Of a DNA stretch of 36,561 nt, positions 34,617-36,561 are shown piece by piece. A program made the position numbers and the translations under genes. Position 1 is the stretch's first letter. Each line of letters begins with the position of its first letter. The notes beneath the pieces were generated by a model, which was given only the letters and a program-made list of their open reading frames with translations, did not search any database and had not been told where the DNA came from. The DNA lies in assembly GCA_002796105.1 (NCBI GenBank), contig PCVX01000006.1, positions 4,456 to 41,016 of the forward strand, read 5' to 3'. The stretch comes from Candidatus Omnitrophica bacterium CG11_big_fil_rev_8_21_14_0_20_63_9 (GTDB lineage: Bacteria; Omnitrophota; Gorgyraeia; Aquiviventales; Aquiviventaceae).

Positions 34617-34692
34617 ATTATATACCTTCCGGCGAGGCTTGGCAGGGTGATGCTCCGCCGCCTGCCGGTAAGGTGTGAGAGTTTGGTATAAT
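34617..34692. promoter_or_regulatory. Divergent -10 elements
   Basis: Minus-strand TATAAT at 34622-34617 (8 nt from ATG 34608); plus-strand TGgTATAAT at 34684-34692 upstream of aconitase. Confidence 0.55.
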
Positions 34693-34740
34693 GAACCAGG
34701 TTTCCTCGCAACGGAATCACTAACTCCTAAGAGACTCCAT

Positions 34741-36561
34741 ATGATTCGTCCTGAAGAGCTGGAAGCCATCAAGCGTCTGTATGGACGCCTCACCGAGGCG
34801 CATGCGGCGGCGCGCAAGAAGCTGGGCCGCCCGCTGACGCTGGCGGAAAAAATCCTCGCGTCCCACACCCGCGATTTGGCGTCGCAGGAGTTCGTACGGG
34901 GCACGAGCTACCTCTTGCTCCAGCCGGACCGGGTCGTGATGCAGGATGCCACAGCGCAGATGGCGATCCTGCAATTTATGCAGGCGCGCCGCGACACCGT
35001 CGCGGTGCCGACGACCATCCACTGCGACCACCTCATTCAAGCCCGCGTTGGAGTCGCCGACGACATGAGGGCGGCGCTCGAAGCCAACCGCGAAGTCTAC
35101 GATTTTCTCCGCAGCGCCTCGGCCCGGTACGGTATGGGATTCTGGGAGCCGGGAGCGGGGATTATCCACCAAGTGTTTCTGGAGCAATACGCGTTTCCCG
35201 GGGGGCTGGCGATCGGCACGGACTCTCACACTCCCAACGGCGGCGGGCTGGGCATGCTGGCGATCGGCGTGGGCGGTTCGGATGCGGCGGACGTGATGGC
35301 CGGGCTGGCCTGGGAAGTGAAGTGCCCGAGACTCATCGGGGTAAAGCTCACCGGCGCGTTCAATGGGTGGGCCTCCCCGAAGGACGTGATCCTCAAGCTG
35401 TGCGGCATCCTCACGACGAAAGGCGGCACCGACAAGATCATCGAGTTCTTCGGGCCCGGCACCCGTTCGATCAGTTGCACCGGGAAAGCCACCATCACGA
35501 ACATGGGCGCGGAGGTCGGCGCCACCACATCGGTGTTTCCCTTCGATGACCGGATGGTCACTTACCTAAAGGCGACCGATCGCGCCGACGTGGCGGCGCT
35601 AGCCCAGCAGCATGCGGCGGCGCTGGTAGCGGATCCAGAGGTCGAGCAGGATCCAAAGCGGTTCTTCGATGAGATCATCGAGATCGACCTCGCAGCACTT
35701 GAGCCGTACATCGTCGGGCCGCGCCGCCCGGACACCGCCCGGCCGATTTCGCAGCTTGCGAAAGACGTCGAGCAGGGCAAATTCCCGCCGCGCCTGAAGG
35801 CCGCGCTGATCGGCAGTTGTACCAATTCGTCGTATGAAGATATCGGTCGGGCGGCGGCGGTGGCTGACCAAGCTAAGCGCGCGGGCTTGAAATCGCAGTG
35901 CTACTTCCTGATTACTCCGGGCTCTGATCAGATCCACAACACCATCCGCCGCGACGGCCAGCTCTCCTCGCTGGAATCGATCGGGGGCACCGTTTTGGCC
36001 AATGCGTGCGGCCCATGCATCGGCCAGTGGAAGCGGGATGACATCACGCCGGGGGAAGTGAACTCGATCCTGACGTCGTTTAACCGCAACTTCCCGGGGC
36101 GCAATGACGGCACTGCGGATACACTGGCGTTTATGGGCAGCCCGGAGATCGTCACGGCCATAGCGCTGGCGGGCGATCTGCGCTTCAACCCGCTGAAGGA
36201 TTCGCTGAAGACGCCGGATGGCCGCTCGGTGCAGTTGCAGCCGCCCGCAGCCCCCGAACTGCCGTCAAAGGGGTTTGCCCGGGGGGCGGCGGGTTATCTG
36301 CCGCCGAAACCACTCGCTGAGCGCCAGGGCGTCCAAGTGCAGATCGCGTCGACGAGCGAACGGCTGCAGCGGCTGGAACCGTTTCCCGCATGGGACGGCA
36401 AGGATTTCGACCGGCTGCCGGTTCTGATCAAAGTGCAGGGGCAATGCACGACCGACCATATCTCGCCGGCGGGGAAGTGGCTGCGGTTCCGCGGACATCT
36501 TGACCGCATCAGCGACAACATGTTCACCCCAGCCATGAACGTGTTGACCGGCGGCGTGGGG
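34741..36561 (+). CDS. acn: Aconitate hydratase, mitochondrial-type (3' truncated by window end)
   Basis: Translated by hand from ATG 34741: [73 protein letters not shown]. Absent from the ORF track because it has no stop in the window. Confidence 0.95.
   Translation, partial: MIRPEELEAIKRLYGRLTEAHAAARKKLGRPLTLAEKILASHTRDLASQEFVRGTSYLLLQPDRVVMQDATAQMAILQFMQARRDTVAVPTTIHCDHLIQARVGVADDMRAALEANREVYDFLRSASARYGMGFWEPGAGIIHQVFLEQYAFPGGLAIGTDSHTPNGGGLGMLAIGVGGSDAADVMAGLAWEVKCPRLIGVKLTGAFNGWASPKDVILKLCGILTTKGGTDKIIEFFGPGTRSISCTGKATITNMGAEVGATTSVFPFDDRMVTYLKATDRADVAALAQQHAAALVADPEVEQDPKRFFDEIIEIDLAALEPYIVGPRRPDTARPISQLAKDVEQGKFPPRLKAALIGSCTNSSYEDIGRAAAVADQAKRAGLKSQCYFLITPGSDQIHNTIRRDGQLSSLESIGGTVLANACGPCIGQWKRDDITPGEVNSILTSFNRNFPGRNDGTADTLAFMGSPEIVTAIALAGDLRFNPLKDSLKTPDGRSVQLQPPAAPELPSKGFARGAAGYLPPKPLAERQGVQVQIASTSERLQRLEPFPAWDGKDFDRLPVLIKVQGQCTTDHISPAGKWLRFRGHLDRISDNMFTPAMNVLTGGVG

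Overview
GC-rich bacterial chromosomal window of densely packed, often overlapping genes. No tRNA, rRNA, CRISPR array, integrase or transposase was found. Gene content (TIGR04073-like protein, DUF5752/TreT cluster, futalosine pathway, AmrB-AmrA fusion) suggests Candidatus Omnitrophota or a related PVC-group lineage; this is inference only. Main blocks: (1) futalosine menaquinone cluster mqnP-ubiX-ubiD-mqnE-mqnA-mqnC, coupled to a YwhD-like gene, bioB, an ACT protein and def, with mqnD and an FNR-type reductase converging from the minus strand; (2) short mutY, mutT and iscA; (3) mscS and a trehalose cluster; (4) cstA, an APC permease and a VanY-like peptidase; (5) Ni-SOD sodN/sodX and an AsmA protein; (6) a c-di-GMP-I riboswitch ahead of ytxG/ytxH-like genes; (7) a repeat-built beta protein, a C12orf65-like GGQ factor, an NADK3-type kinase, a cold-shock protein, an AmrB-AmrA fusion, a two-gene HTTM-DCC1 module and a mitochondrial-type aconitase that runs off the end. 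The most unusual signals are non-coding. A 286-bp TA-flanked MITE carries two hairpins zipped by tandem G.A pairs, one per strand. A ~250-nt rod between ubiX and ubiD shows the same strand-specific G.A pairing. A CACAGAG palindrome appears to encode a signal peptide. All family assignments come from recalled motifs; no database searches were run.
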